Below are positions 25,066 through 38,161 of a DNA stretch of 64,000 nt, in pieces (position 1 is the stretch's first letter; each line of letters begins with the position of its first letter). The notes beneath the pieces were generated by a model that searched no databases, was not told where the DNA came from, and saw only the letters and a program-made list of their open reading frames with translations. This DNA is from Centroscyllium fabricii. Taxonomy: Eukaryota. Where the stretch lies: NCBI GenBank assembly GCA_051313645.2, contig JBNRSN020000001.1, positions 174,158,001-174,222,000 on the forward strand, written 5' to 3'. Made by a program: the position numbers and the translations under genes.

Positions 25066-25310
25066 TTGTGGCATAGTGGTTAGCACTGTTGCCTTGCAGC
25101 ACCAGAGACCCGGGTTCAAATCCGGCCTCGGGTACTATCTGTGTGGAGTTTGCACATTTTCCCCGTGTCTGCGTGGCTTTCCTCCGGGTGCTCCGGTTTC
25201 CTCCCACAGTCCAAAGATGTGCGGGTTAGGTTGATTGGCCAGGATAAATTGACCCTTAGTGTTAGGGGGATTAAATATGTGGGGTTACAGGCTAGGGTGG
25301 ATATGTGTAG
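25066..25310 (+). mobile_element. HE1/V-SINE
   Basis: GTGGCATAGTGGTTAGCAC (A box), GGTTCAAATCC (B box), V-domain. Confidence 0.85.
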
Positions 25311-25609
25311 GTGCAGGCTGGATATGTGGTCTTTGAGATATTTATCCTGGGGGGGGGGAGGGGAGCGACTCGGTGGGCCGGGCAGCATTGGAAGCAAGCA
25401 CATCAAACATAGGAAACAAAATCTGTCTGTTGCAAGGTAGTAACATATTGGAGTTGCAATTATATTCATTAGTAGTTTAGAACTAATACATCTCCCATTG
25501 AGTTGCTTATGGTGAGTTAGAATTACTATTTGGGTCGGGGGTGGGGTGGGTGCACATTTCCAGGAAAATGTTAATTAGATAGCTTTGTTTCAGAAATAAC
25601 GGCCCAAAC

Positions 25610-26340
25610 ATTAGCCTCGGAGGCTTCCTGCGCGTGTATGCCTCCGAGGTCCACTTACCCTGCGCTCCTGCCGTTTTCCAATTCTGCGATGTGAAGTCCC
25701 GATTTGGAGTGTTGCTTCAGGCTCCAGGCGCCGTGCTGAGGCAACTCAGCGACGTAGTTTGTGCGAGAGCTCGCGTGGGACCACGTGGTCCACGGGGAGC
25801 CAATGAATGGAAGGAATCCTCCAGTCATAACTTTAACAGAGAGATCTGTGTAAGTTATGAAAAGGAAGAGCCTCAAAAACACATTAAACAGTAAAATAAA
25901 TGTTTAAAACCCCACATTTTTTAACATTACTCTAACATAAATTACTGATTTTAAACAAAAAATAAAATTTTTGAAATTTAAGAAGTTTTTAACTGCCCTA
26001 AAAATACTTACCTGTCTTTAAAGTTTAAAAATATTAAAAACCTGTTGAAAATGACATGCATTCTATAAAATAAAGACTTACCTGCTAAAAAGGGGTTATT
26101 ATGGCTGATATTTTCAGGCGTAAAATCTTCAATACTTACCCCGATTTAAAAATAAACCTGAAAAAAATCAGAAGTGCACTGTGCACCTCCTGGTGCGCAG
26201 GCCAACGCGATTCAGCTCGCGACCCCCCGCTGGCCGCCTTCGGAATTGCAGGTTTCCCAGGGAAATGGTGTCCATTTGCAATTCCAGGGCCGTACGCGTG
26301 AGTACCCACTGCGGCCCTGCGGTCATCGGAATTTCTGTCC
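25610..26340. mobile_element. PIF/Harbinger-like MITE
   Basis: CpG-rich arms flanking an AT-rich core; ends cggcccaaacatt... and ...ggaatttctgtccc|aat. Confidence 0.5.
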
Positions 26341-26618
26341 CAATATTTTTGGGATGGATACTGTAATTTAAGACATGATGTGTGGTAAGTGTCACATGCT
26401 TGGGAGGAAAAGTGATTTTGAAACCATGGTTCTCAAAGCTCTCTGCTACTGGGGTTTTCCTTGCATCATGTCTGGGTCTGTTGTAGACTAATTGATAGAG
26501 ATTGATTATTATGATTAGTCAACACTCCATTGTCGTTTCATGCAAATATCAGAATGGTACAAGGTAAACTAGATGGACCTTGGTCTTTTCTTGTCTAGCA
26601 ATTTCTATGTTCCTATGA

Positions 26619-26808
26619 TTGTAAGAAGTCATTCAACACCAGGTTATAGTCCAACAGTTTTATTTGAAATCACAAGCTTTCGGAGCGCTGAGGAAGGAGC
26701 AGCGCTCCGAAAGCTTGTGATTTCAAATAAAACTGTTGGACTATAACCTGGTGTTGAGTGACTTCTTACAATTGTCCACCCCAGTCCAACACCGGCACCT
26801 CCACATCA
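26619..26808. mobile_element. Fold-back Penelope-like insertion (family A) in the tail of a CR1-like remnant
   Basis: ~72-bp inverted arms, ~36-nt tail, TSD TATGTTCCTATGA (13 bp), core CTGAGGA-A-GGAGC-AGC-GCTCC-GAAAGCTTGTGA at 26688-26720. Confidence 0.85.
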
Positions 26809-27645
26809 TATGTTCCTATGAGTGAATTTAGAAAAAAGTTTGTGGAGATTACGAGAGGTCATAAATTAACTGATTGGTTTCTGGAAAATAAATAAATGTT
26901 TTCTTTACCCATTGCAGATTGATGAATGAAGAAGTAAATAAATACCACAGTTAAATTTAGTACATTTCTGCCTTTAATAAAGGGCAACAGCTTTACCTTT
27001 ACTTGTCATCTTTTTGGGGTTGAAGTTTTATAGTAACAAATTAAGAAAAGATCAAGATAATTAACATTTTTGCTTTTTTTAAAATCAAATATCTATAGAA
27101 CAGTACCTAATATTACTAAAATGTTCCACTTAAATACATATGTTTAAATCAATACTTTTATGATTAACTTCCTTCCAACCTTGAATAATAGTACAGTCCT
27201 TCCAGAAGTTGCTATTTGCTGATGTGAACCGCGCTTATTTTTCAGTTCTGAGTATAATCGTAACTAAAAGAAAAGTAGCCACTAATACCACTGAGGACAC
27301 GCACCGGTTGTGAGGAAAAAGCGTGCGTTTATAAGGGTCCGTATTTTCCGATGCCTACGGGCTGTGTACGCGCTGTGTACACACCCGTAGGGACATTGGA
27401 AATGCCGGTTTCAGGCATGTGAAGCGCCTGCCCTGGAGAAAGGCCACTGAAAGCCCGTAGAAATCTTTGCTTTCAAAATGATGTCAAAAAGTTGGAGTTC
27501 ATGTTTGTCCTGGTGTTTTGTGTTGAATAAGTTCGAATTACCCTAAAAATAATTTCTCTCTCGTAATTTGTCATTGGAGGGAATGGGGTTCACAAAACAT
27601 GCTGATTGTTTTGTGAATGGCCAGTCTTGCTGTCAATCAATTTCT

Positions 27646-27790
27646 ATGATGTGGAGGTGCCGGTGTTGGACTGGGGTGGACAAATGTAAGAAGTCACACA
27701 ACACCAGGTTATAGTCCAACAGTTTTATTTGAAATCACAAGCTTTCGGAGCGTTGCTCCTTCATCACCAGATGTTGTGTGACTTCTTGCA
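27646..27790. mobile_element. Penelope-like insertion (family A) with short inverted arm
   Basis: TSD T(C/T)AATCAATTTCT (13 bp); ~20-bp inverted end tgttgtgtgacttcttgca. Confidence 0.8.
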
Positions 27791-28719
27791 TTAATCAATT
27801 TCTAGAAACTGGTGTATGCTGGGATTTGGAGGCTGCTACCCTGTTAAGTCGTTGAAGTCGATATGTATCTCTAGGATTCTGTATGACCTCTTGGCTCATG
27901 TTGGGTGATCTGGCTAGAGGCATTTTTTCAGCCACAAATGCTTTGAAGAGTTGAATTTGATCATTTTCTTGTAAATTTTATATTTTTAAAATTTCCATTA
28001 TGTTGCAAACCTTATTTTCAGTTTAGTGGATAACTCAAGGTGATAGTCAGGAAATTTTTCAAGCAATATTTTGTGATTTGATTGGTTTGCTTTTTTAATT
28101 CCTAGCTATTACTGACCATTTTTGATATTTTTACAAACTAAGATTGCTGCTTTTTATTCCTACTTACTGATGGGTACATTTCTTACGTGTTCAGTTGTGA
28201 GTTGTTGCTGGTTGATTAACATAACATTTGAGCCAATTGAGCAAGTTTGATGCCCACGTGTGATTTACAAAATGCATGCATTTTTCTATAATTCCATTTA
28301 AGACCCCAAAGTCATTTTGCTAAGTAAACACAAGGTCAGACCAATCGGAGGTTAATTGTTTGAATAGAGAACTTTATAGGTTGGAATGTTCTTGTCAGCT
28401 TTTGGTTGCAGTTCAGAAGCATCAGTATCAAAATGTGGCATTTGTGTGCACAGGAGCTTTATAGAAAATAGTTATACACAGTGCGGTACATCACACTTTG
28501 TTATACTTTTTGAAAAAGAATCTTAAAATGTTGTGCCTCTGAGCTAAAGCCTGAAAGTGAACATTTTAATTTGCAAAGTTATCTGACGAAACAAACTGAG
28601 TAACCCGAGGCTCTGTTTCTTAAAAATGTGTTGTTTTGCTAAAAGGACACATCCATTTTTGTGGGAAAGTAATGCAATGTGCAATACATCGCCTAACAGC
28701 ATTCATACAATTCAAAGAG

Positions 28720-29165
28720 AAAACTTTGATTTATACCTATATAGCGTCTTTCACATCCACAGGATATTCTCAAGTGCTTCACAGCCAGCACAGTACTTTG
28801 AAGTGTAGTCACTGTTTTAATGTTGGCAAACATGGCTGCCAATTTTGTGCAGCAAGGTTCCACAACAGCAATGAGAAAAACCACCAAATTATCTGTTTGT
28901 GGTGTTGGTTAGGTATAAACCTTGGACAGGACATGGGAGGGACTCTTCCTGATCCTCTTTGAATCATGCTGTGGGATCTTTTATGCCCATCTGATGGGAC
29001 TTCAGTTTAATGTCTTATCTGAAAATGCAACTTCTGACAGTTCAACCAGCACTCCTTCAGTACTGAAGTGTCAGTCAGGTTCAATCATGTGTTCAGATCT
29101 CTTAAATGGGGCCTTAACCTTCTGACTCCGGTGAGAATGCTGTCACTGAGGCAAGGCTAACACAC
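28720..29165 (-). mobile_element. SacSINE1-like DeuSINE
   Basis: Collinear with 14372-14812 (tail, Deu-type body, tRNA-like head). Confidence 0.7.
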
Positions 29166-29611
29166 TGAACTTATCATGAGCAATGCCACAGGGAGCTAAT
29201 ATTAATAAAATATCAGTAGAAATGTCACTAACTGATGGGTTACTGCTGTGAGGAGTATTGTGTGTGGTCAATACTTGTTTTTTTAGCTTTTTCATTTCTT
29301 AGGTAATTGTAAGGGATCCAACTGCATGACTTTGCAGTGATAGAATTTATTTTATTGACTCATCTAGAGCAAAAGTGGAAATTTTGCATGCTGTAACCTT
29401 GTACAGGTTGAAGTTCGTTAATCCGGCAGGGTCGGGACCAGGCCCGTGCCGGAATACTGAAAAACCCGAACGAATGAAGCTGTTCCGAGCGCATGCGCGG
29501 ACCATTCAAAATGGCCGCGCACATGCGCAGAACATTGGAAATGGCTGCAGCACGCACAGACCAGTGCAGGTGGCCGCAGCGCGCGGGTGGAGGCAGAGCA
29601 CAGAGCTGTAG

Positions 29612-30572
29612 TGTTACCTATAACTAGTTTTTCAGCCTTAGGGTGGGCGGAACAATTGTCCAGAACCAAGACTATTTTACAATTTGAGTCAAGGCCAACA
29701 CTTTCGCAATGTGCCTGTGACTCTGGCACAAAATGCTTCACATACCACTGAAGAAAAATTTCACTCGTCATCCATCCTTTCTTATTCCCCCGATAAATGC
29801 CGGGAAGTTGCTAACACCCTTGAAAGCACGTGGGTTCACACTTTTTCCGATCATGAGCAGTTTGCACCTATGAGTTCCGGCAGCATTACTGCAGCCAAGT
29901 ACAGTTACTCTCGCCTTGGAACCCTTCACACCGGATGGTGCCTCCTCAGTGTCTGCAGCCAATGTTCTCTTTGGCATGCATTTCCAATACAGAGCTGTTT
30001 CGTCCACATTGTAAACTTGTTCAGGTGATAATCTCTCAGCTGCAACTTACCTGGCGAATTCATCCACAAATGCCGTGGCTGCTTCTGTGTCTGCACTTTT
30101 CTTCTCAACGCACACGCGGTACAAGCTAATGCCGTGCCTCTTTTTAAATCTGTGCAGCCAGCCAACAGAATATTCAAAATCGTCTTGAATGTTGAATTCT
30201 CTGTGGGATATCTTCGCCTGTGCTATGATCATCTCTCCAGAAATGCAGCCTGACTCCACAGTGTGAAACTGCTTGAACCACTGCATGAGAGCACACTCCA
30301 CGTCAGCTTGCTTGCCTTCCCGTAATGTCTTGCGTGATGTGATCACCGTTTTACTTTCTGTGTCAGTGAAGAACTTTCTAATTTTATCTTTGTTTTTTAA
30401 TATCGTGCACAGTAGATGAGCCAACACTGTACTGCTCGCACAAGGCTCTTAGTGATGTTCTGCTGTCCAGTTTTTTCAATAACTCAACCTTTTGCAACAA
30501 CGTTAATGACACACGCTTACGCTTCCCAGGATTACCACAGGTATCACCACCTGCTGACCTCTTAGGTGCCAT
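29612..30572 (-). pseudogene. Tigger/Jerky-like transposase (CENP-B-type HTH domains + DDE_1), frameshifted and C-terminally deleted
   Basis: MAPKRS..KRKRVSLTLLQKVELLKKLD..YSVGSSTVHDIKK / ALMQWF..ISGEMIIAQAK..SVGWLHRFKKRHGI / VYNVDETALYWK..RVTVLGCSNAAGTH / MTSEIFLQWY..VLVLDNCSAHP; two frameshifts, one stop, third catalytic Asp region missing. Confidence 0.92.
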
Positions 30573-30659
30573 TTGGAAGGGTAAATTATAGGCCGAAATA
30601 ACCACAATAAATTGGGTTAGAAATCGTGCAGGACCACTGAAGATGCTTCAGTGATATGA

Positions 30660-32695
30660 CTCTCTGCTGGATGGAGCTCTCTCTCTCTCTGCTGGATGGA
30701 GAGCTCTCTCTGTGCTGGATGGAGAGCTCTCTCTGTGCTGGATGGAGCTCTCTCTCTGTGCTGGATGGAGCTCTCTCTCTGTGCTGGATGGAGCTCTCTC
30801 TCTGTGCTGGATGGAGCTCTCTCTGTGCTGGATGGAGCTCTCTCTCTGCTGGATGGAGCTCTCTCTCTCTCTCTGTGCTGGATGGAGCTCTCTCTCTCTG
30901 TGCTGGATGGAGCTCTCTCTCTCTGTGCTGGATGGAGCTCTCTCTCTCTGCTGGATGGAGCTCTCTCTCTCTGCTGGATGGAGCTCTCTCTCTCTGCTGG
31001 ATGGAGCTCTCTCTCTCTGCTGGATGGAGCTCTCTCTCTCTGCTGGATGGAGCTCTCTCTCTGCTGGATGGAGCTCCCTCTCTGCTGGATGGAGAGCTCT
31101 CTCTGCTGGATGGAGAGCTCTCTCTGCTGGATGAAGCTCTCTCTCTGTGCTGGATGGAGAGCTCTCTCTGCGCTGGATGGAGAGCTCTCTGCTGGATGGA
31201 GCTCTCTCTCTCTCTGCTGGATGGAGCTCTCTCTCTCTGTGCTGGATGGAGCTCTCTCTCTGTGCTGGATGGAGCTCTCTCTCTCTGTGCTGGATGGAGC
31301 TCTCTCTCTCTGTGCTGGATGGAGCTCTCTCTCTCTGTGCTGGATGGAGCTCTCTCTCTCTGTGCTGGATGGAGCTCTCTCTCTCTGTGCTGGATGGAGC
31401 TCTCTCTCTCTGTGCTGGATGGATCTCTCTCTCTGTGCTGGATGGAGCTCTCCCTCTCTGCTGGATGGAGCTCTCTGTGCTGGATGGAGAGCTCTCTCTG
31501 TGCTGGATGAAGCTCTCTCTCTGTGCTGGATGAAGCTCTCTCTCTGTGCTGGATGGAGAGCTCTCTCTGTGCTGGATGGAGCTCTCTCTCTCTGTGCTGG
31601 ATGGAGCTCTCTCTCTCTCTGCTGGATGGAGCTCTCTCTCTCTGCTGGATGGAGCTCTCTCTCTCTGCTGGATGGAGCTCTCTCTCTCTGCTGGATGGAG
31701 CTCTCTCTGTGCTGGATGGAGCGCTCTCTCTCTCTCTGTGCTGGATGGAGCGCTCTCTCTCTGTGCTGGATGGAGCTCTCTGTGCTGGATGGAGCTCTCT
31801 GTGCTGGATGGAGCTCTCTGTGCTGGATGGAGCTCTCTGTGCTGGATGGAGCTCTCTGTGCTGGATGGAGCTCTCTCTCTGTGCTGGATGGAGCTCTCTC
31901 TCTGTGCTGGATGGAGCTCTCTCTCTGTGCTGGATGGAGCTCTCTCTGTGCTGGATGGAGCTATCTCTGTGCTGGATGGAGCTCTCTCTGTGCTGGATGG
32001 AGCTCTCTCTGTGCTGGATGGAGCTCTCTCTGTGCTGGATGGAGCTCTCTCTCTGCTGGATGGAGCTCTCTCTCTGCTGGATGGAGCTCTCTCTGTGCTG
32101 GATGGAGCTCTCTCTCTGTGCTGGATGGAGCTCTCTCTCTGTGCTGGATGGAGCTCTCTCTCTGTGCTGGATGGAGCTCTCTCTCTGTGCTGGATGGAGC
32201 TCTCTCTCTGTGCTGGATGGAGCTCTCTCTCTGTGCTGGATGGAGCTCTCCCTCTCTGCTGGATGGAGCTCTCTGTGCTGGATGGAGGGCTCTCTCTGTG
32301 CTGGATGAAGCTCTCTCTCTGTGCTGGATGAAGCTCTCTCTCTGTGCTGGATGGAGAGCTCTCTCTGTGCTGGATGGAGAGCTCTCTCTGTGCTGGATGG
32401 AGAGCTCTCTCTGCTGGATGGAGAGCTCTCTCTGTGCTGGATGGGGAGCTCTCTCTCTCTCTGTGCTGGATGGAGCTCTCTCTCTCTCTGTGCTGGATGG
32501 AGCTCTCTCTCTCTCTGTGCTGGATGGAGCTCTCTCTCTGTGCTGGATGGAGAGCTCTCTCTGTGCTGGATGGAGCTCTCTCTCTCTCTGTGCTGGATGG
32601 AGCTCTCTCTCTCTCTCTCTGTGCTGAATGGAGCTCTCTCTCTCTCTCTGTGCTGGATGGAGCTCTCTCTCTCTCTCTGCTGGATGGAGCTCTGC
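30660..32695. repeat. ~2-kb minisatellite (GCTGGATGGAGC(TC)nTGT)n, unit ~19-30 bp
   Basis: Directly visible tandem array with a variable (TC)n tract, upstream of the transposase start inside the Tigger element. Confidence 0.98.
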
Positions 32696-33847
32696 AGTTT
32701 GGGGTAAAGCACTCCACGTGGATGGGGCACTCTGCAAGATGGAGCTCTGTAGCTCGCCGGTAAAGTAGTCTGTGAGGCCTCAGCGGATTGGAGCACTCTG
32801 GGGACATGCCCCAGAAGGTCAGGCATCGTTGTGGACACACCCCAGGTCGGGTGCAGTTGCAGCCACGCCGTCTGGACACACACCGGATGTTCGGGTGCTG
32901 CTGAAGCCACGCCATCGGGACACACCCCAGAAGTTCGGGTGCGGCTGAAGCCACGCTGTCGGGACCAGTGCGCATTCGGGAAAGGCCCCGGGAGCGAGCC
33001 CGGTCCAACACTTCACGAGGCCCGAGCTTCATGTCAGGTACGGGGTGTTTTGTAAAGTGCAGGAAGCGTCGAAGAGCGCCGCTGCGCAGGCCAGTCGGGG
33101 ATTGTGGACGGTGAGGAGCACCAGTGCGCATGCGCCTACCACTCGGGGATATCTGTGCCGCACGTCTGAAGCTGCCGGTTTTTCGGGTGCCGGATTAACG
33201 AACTTCAACCTGTATTGTGGTTATATGCTTTAAGTGGTTTTTCCAAAACAGCTCTGTCGTATACTTTATTTACCTCATGCACACGGGACAACTATCAAGT
33301 ACCAATTTATCTCATTGGTGTGGAACTCTTTATAGCCCATGTTGTGTGTGCCAGTTATAGTGTGTGGAATTTTGATAAAATTAAATATAAACATTTTAAT
33401 GAGAATTATTGAAAGAACAACTGCTTTAATCTCATTATATAGTTGTATCGTGTTTCTGCAGAGGCCAGAGCCTGTATATTGGGATTAAAGCACTTACCCT
33501 TTCAATGATTCTCAGGGAAATTTACATTATATTCTTCTACTACATCTATGTGACTTGGGCACAGTAGTGTATTAGCAATGGTACTACACTGGTAGGTTTT
33601 GAGTTAAAATCCCATGTAAAATTGAATTCAATAGTTGATGAGCTGCCAGGCCATACACAACGTTTTCTAAGGATGAATTGAGACTTTTAAATTTACGTAC
33701 CTGCCTTTTGCTTTCTGCACGTGTGAGATATAAAACTTATATTTATTTGGTGTCCTGGCATCTGAGTTGGTCAGGTGCAAGTGTGACATTGAGGTGTGAC
33801 GATGTACATTAAATGAAAGTTTTTATATGTACTAATGGACTTCGCAT

Positions 33848-35245
33848 AAATAAAAACAGAAAATGCTGGAAATACTCAGCATGTCGGGCAGCATCTGTAG
33901 CGAGAGAAATAGAGTTAGTGGGGGGGGATTTTCCTCGGGCCGTGAGGGCGGGTTTACAGCGGGGCGTGGGGGGTAAAATCGCAAATCCGCTGGGCGGGAA
34001 GCCACCCCGCCGGATCCCCGCCGATTTCCGATTTTCCTCGGGCGGGTTTTGCCGCCCCGAATGTTTCCCGCTGGTCGCCGGCGGGGATGCAGATTGAGGT
34101 CGTTGAGGGCACTTAATTGGATGGGTAATCCTATTTTAAGGGCCCTGAGCTATTTTGACCCCCTTCCCACCCAAAACCCGCCTGGTAGGAACCCCATCGT
34201 AAAAAAGGTGGTGGGCACCCAGTCGACTGGGTGTCTGCCAACTTCAAGGCATGGGCACAGCACCCACACAGCAGCTTGCTAGCCTTCACCATGCTGGAGG
34301 TGCAGCTGCCACCCAAGGGTGGAAGACGTCAGAGCCCCAAAACAAAGAAATCACTCGCCTTTAAATCCCTGCTATTCATACAGAGATCGGCATGCTGCGC
34401 TGTCTGTGAGCCAAGCTGTCAATCACCCAGGGGATCAGTTTCTGTTTACATTCCATTGAAACCACAAACAAACAGTAAGTGAGTTCAACTGTTGTTTTGT
34501 AGTTTTAGTGTTCCCTTTCATAATGTGACTCACAAAGGCTATATCAACATGGAAACAAAGGAACCATTTGAGCACTGACTATTCAGGCCTGTCAATCAAC
34601 AGCCCGCCCCACTCAAACTGTGAATGAAAAGGGCTGAGTTCCCACCCAATAGTGTGTATTGGAAGCCCAGCAGACCTGCCGGGATTTAATTGGCCACTTG
34701 AGCCAAAATCGTTCGGGCCTCCCAGGTCCTTGGGCGGGTGGGACAGAAAGCTGACCCGCCCAAAACCCGACAGCTTCCCACACCTTTAAAAAAAATTACC
34801 TCCAATGTTTCAGATCGATGACCCTTCATCAGAACTGGAAAAAGTGTTGGAGATGTAACCGGTTTTTAAGCAAGGCAAAAGGAGATGGTAATGGAACAAG
34901 TTAAGAAACAAAAGATGACTCTTGCCCCATTACCTTTTGCCTTGCACCATCATCCCTTTTGTCTCTTAATCTCTCCTGCCTTCCATCCTATCACAGACCC
35001 TCCCTTTTGTCCTTTCCTCCCCTCCCCCCTCCCCCCTCCCCCCTCCCCCCTCTCCCCTCTCCCTGCCCCTACACTTGCTTAAAAACCTGTTACATCTCCA
35101 ACTTTTTCGAGTTCTAACAAAGGGTCATCGACCTGAAATGTTAACTCTGTTTCTCTCTCCACAGATGCTGCCTGACCTGCTGAATATTTCCAGCATCTTC
35201 TGTTTTTATTTCAGATTTCCAGCATCTGCAGTATTTTGCTTTTGT
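33848..35245. mobile_element. Fold-back Penelope-like insertion (family B), left arm interrupted by a MITE
   Basis: Left arm 33848-33919 + 34804-34920 is inverted relative to 34925-35210; ~35-nt unpaired tail; flanks aatggacttcgc / aatagacttctc (imperfect ~12-bp TSD). Confidence 0.75.
33920..34803. mobile_element. PIF/Harbinger-like MITE inserted in the Penelope terminus
   Basis: GGGGGGGGATTTT ... AAAATTACCTCC; GGCGGG subterminal motifs; flanks AGT/AAT restore gagttaatgtttcag when it is removed. Confidence 0.65.
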
Positions 35246-35689
35246 AATAGACTTCTCCTGCTGCTCACAGTAAGTCAGATGATATAGTTATAATGACAGC
35301 ATTTTACTATATTACATACAATGTAATATTCTGCTCCTATGGTGGAGCTGCATTTAATGTGACCTATGCCCTTAAAGCCACACGGTCTAATTGCCTGAGC
35401 TCACTTAGAGTTTAATTACTGTTTGGTGAGTAAAATGTACAGATTGGAAGACACTTGTAAAGTTCTGACTAAGTCTGGAAATACATTCTGAAATGATATA
35501 CTGATTGTCTCTTTCCCTCATATAAGAGCAATTAAACTGAGTAATTGTATCTGTGGTCTTAAAGGGATAGGCCACCTTATACGCAGAACCACTTATAATC
35601 TGCTTCTGAGAAAATGCCACAGGAGGCCTGCAAGTAAGTATATATCTGTCTGTCTGTCCATCTTCATCTATTCCCCTGGTGAACCATTC

Positions 35690-37325
35690 AAGATTATCAT
35701 GAAGGATTTTCCATATCACCAGATAAGTGAGGAAAGTAATTAGGCTCCTAATCCATCCATCTAGAATTGCAGCATTCAATTTGTTCATCAGAGAATGCGG
35801 AGTCAGGGGACAAGTAGCAGAATGGATTGCTGGCTGGCTTCAGGACAGAAAGCAGAGAGTAGGAGTAAAGGGAAGGTATTCATAGTGGCAGAAGATGGGT
35901 AATGGTGTTCCATAAGGATCAGTGTTGGGACCACTACTGTTCACAATTTACATTACTGAGTTAGACTTTGGAATCAAAAACATAATTTTTAAATTTGTAG
36001 ATGATACCAAATTTGGGGGGGGGGGGGGATAGTCAATACTGAGGAGGACTGCAACAAATTACAGGAGAACATTAATAAACTTGCAGAATGGGCAAATAAT
36101 TGGCAAATGAAGTTCAACACAGGTAAATGTGAGGTATTACATTTTGGTGGGAAGAATAGGGAGGTCACTTATTACAGCACTTGGAGGGTCCTAGTCTAGG
36201 TGGGGTAGAGGAGCAAAGGAATCTCTGAATACAAATACACAAATCACTGAAAGTTGCAACACTGGTTAGCAAGGGCATTAAAATGCAAACCAAGCACGAG
36301 GGTTTATTTCCAGAGGGATAGAAATGAAAAATAGGGAAGTTATGCTAAACCTGTATCGAACCTTGGTTAGACCACACTTGGAGCACTGCATGCAGTTCTG
36401 GTCACCATATTAGAAAAACAATATAGAGGCACTGGAGAGGGTGCAGAGACGATTTACAAGGATGATACCAGAAAGGCCCGGTATACCTATCAGGAAAGGA
36501 TGAACAGGCTGGGTCTCTCTTTTGAAAAGAGAAGGCTGAGGGGTGACCTAATAGAGGTCTTTATAATTATGAAAGGTTAAAATAGAGTGGATACAGAGAG
36601 AATGTTTCCACTTGTGGGGAAGAGCATAACTAGAGGCCATCAATATAAGATAGTCACCAAGCAATCCAATAGGGAATTCCGAAGAAACCTCTTTACATAA
36701 AGAGTGGTGAGAATGTGGAACTCGCTACCACAGGGAGTAGTTGAAGCAAATAGTATCGATGCATTTAAGGGGAGGCTAGACAAGCATATGAGGGAAAAGG
36801 GAATAGTGGGTTATGGTGATAGATTTAGATAGTAACATAGAAACATAGAAGATAGGAGCAGGAGTAGGCCATTCGGCCCTTCGAGCCTACTCCGCCATTC
36901 AACGAGATCATGGCTGATCATCCAAACCCAGCACCCCGTCCCTGCCTTGTCCCCATATCCCTTGATCCCTATCGAGCCTGCACCGACACATATCCCACCC
37001 TAACCCCACATCTTCAATCCCCTAACACGAAGGGTCAATTTATCCTGGCCAATCAACCTAACCCGCATATCTTTGGACTGTGGGAGGAAACCGGAGCACC
37101 CGGAGGAAACCCACGCAGACACGGGGAGAATGTGCAAACTCCACACAGATAGTACCCGAGGCCGGATTTGAACCCGGGTCTCTAGTGCTGTAAGGCAACA
37201 GTGTTAACCACTATGCCACCGTGCCGCCCAGAGTTGAGGAAAGATGGGAGGAAGTTTGTGTGGAGCAAAATTGGCGGCATGGACTGGTTGGACCGAATGA
37301 CCTGTTTCGGTGCCATATATCCTAT
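35690..37325 (+). mobile_element. CR1 LINE ORF2 3' half (degenerate), interrupted by an HE1 SINE
   Basis: RT remnants (gv.*GSVLGPLLFTIYI; KFVDDTK; WQMKFNT.KC; LYRTLVRPHLEHC.QFWSP) and CR1 tail at 37270-37325. Confidence 0.85.
36833..37229 (-). mobile_element. Full-length HE1/V-SINE
   Basis: Head GGGCGGCACGGTGGCATAGTGG, B box, V-domain, CR1-derived tail with (CTATGTTT)n. Confidence 0.9.
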
Positions 37326-38161
37326 GGATTCCACGGTTTTTACCATAACTACTTAATCTGGGGGTCTATTCCACATAATCTTTCTCTGTGAAGATGAACT
37401 TCCTGGTAACAATCCTAAATTTGATTTTTGACTAACTTTGAACCTGTGGTTCATAGAATTACAAAGAATATATGGCACAGAAACAGGACATTTGGCCCAA
37501 CCATTCAGTTCCTTGTGCTACTCTTCCAATTTAATTAAAAGTAGTATTCTGGATTTACCTTTTTCATACTGTTCATAACTTGCATAAGATCACCTTTTGG
37601 ATGTTTCTTTTCAAATCTGAAGAACCAAATTACTCCAGTCTTTCCTCACAACTCAGACCTCTAACACTAGGGTTCAGTCTAGTGGTTCTTTGTTGCACTA
37701 ACTCCCATGCCTGAATGTCTCCCTTCTGTCTTACTGGGCACTATATTCACAGTGTGTTGTGGTCTGACTAAAATATTGTGCAGTTTGATCATAATTACTT
37801 CTGGCTTGTATTCTACTTTTTTTGACTGTATAGTTCAACATTCTATTGGCTTTATTGATCAGCTGCTCTCCATTGGTTAGACATGTTTAGCGTCTAGTCC
37901 ATCAAAATTCCTAGGTCTCTTTCAACTTCATCCATAACATTTTCAACAACATTTATGGAGCACCTATGTTGCTTATTTACCCTTCCTGTGTGCTGTACTT
38001 TACACATCTGTATTTACATGTCGTCTCCAAAATAGTTGCAAACGTAAGACAGGATGCACCGTTTTTCTATATGTATAGTTAAACTTCAATTTGGCTTCAC
38101 TGCAAATGTGATAAATGGATGGCACTTTGTTTGGATATGAAGCTAATTAAGTTTCAATATT

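Larger units (their letters stand above)
29404..33212 (-). mobile_element. Tigger/pogo DNA transposon (defective) containing a minisatellite
   Basis: Perfect 25-bp TIRs CAGGTTGAAGTTCGTTAATCCGGCA, TA on both sides, transposase remnant inside. Confidence 0.95.

Noticed and set aside
30660-32695. CRISPR-like repeat/spacer look of the array
   Set aside because: The intervening sequence is only variable (TC)n, not unique spacers; vertebrate context, no cas genes.
30586-33131. 779-aa, 827-aa, 643-aa and nested ORFs
   Set aside because: Stop-free translations of the minisatellite in several frames on both strands; no protein signal.
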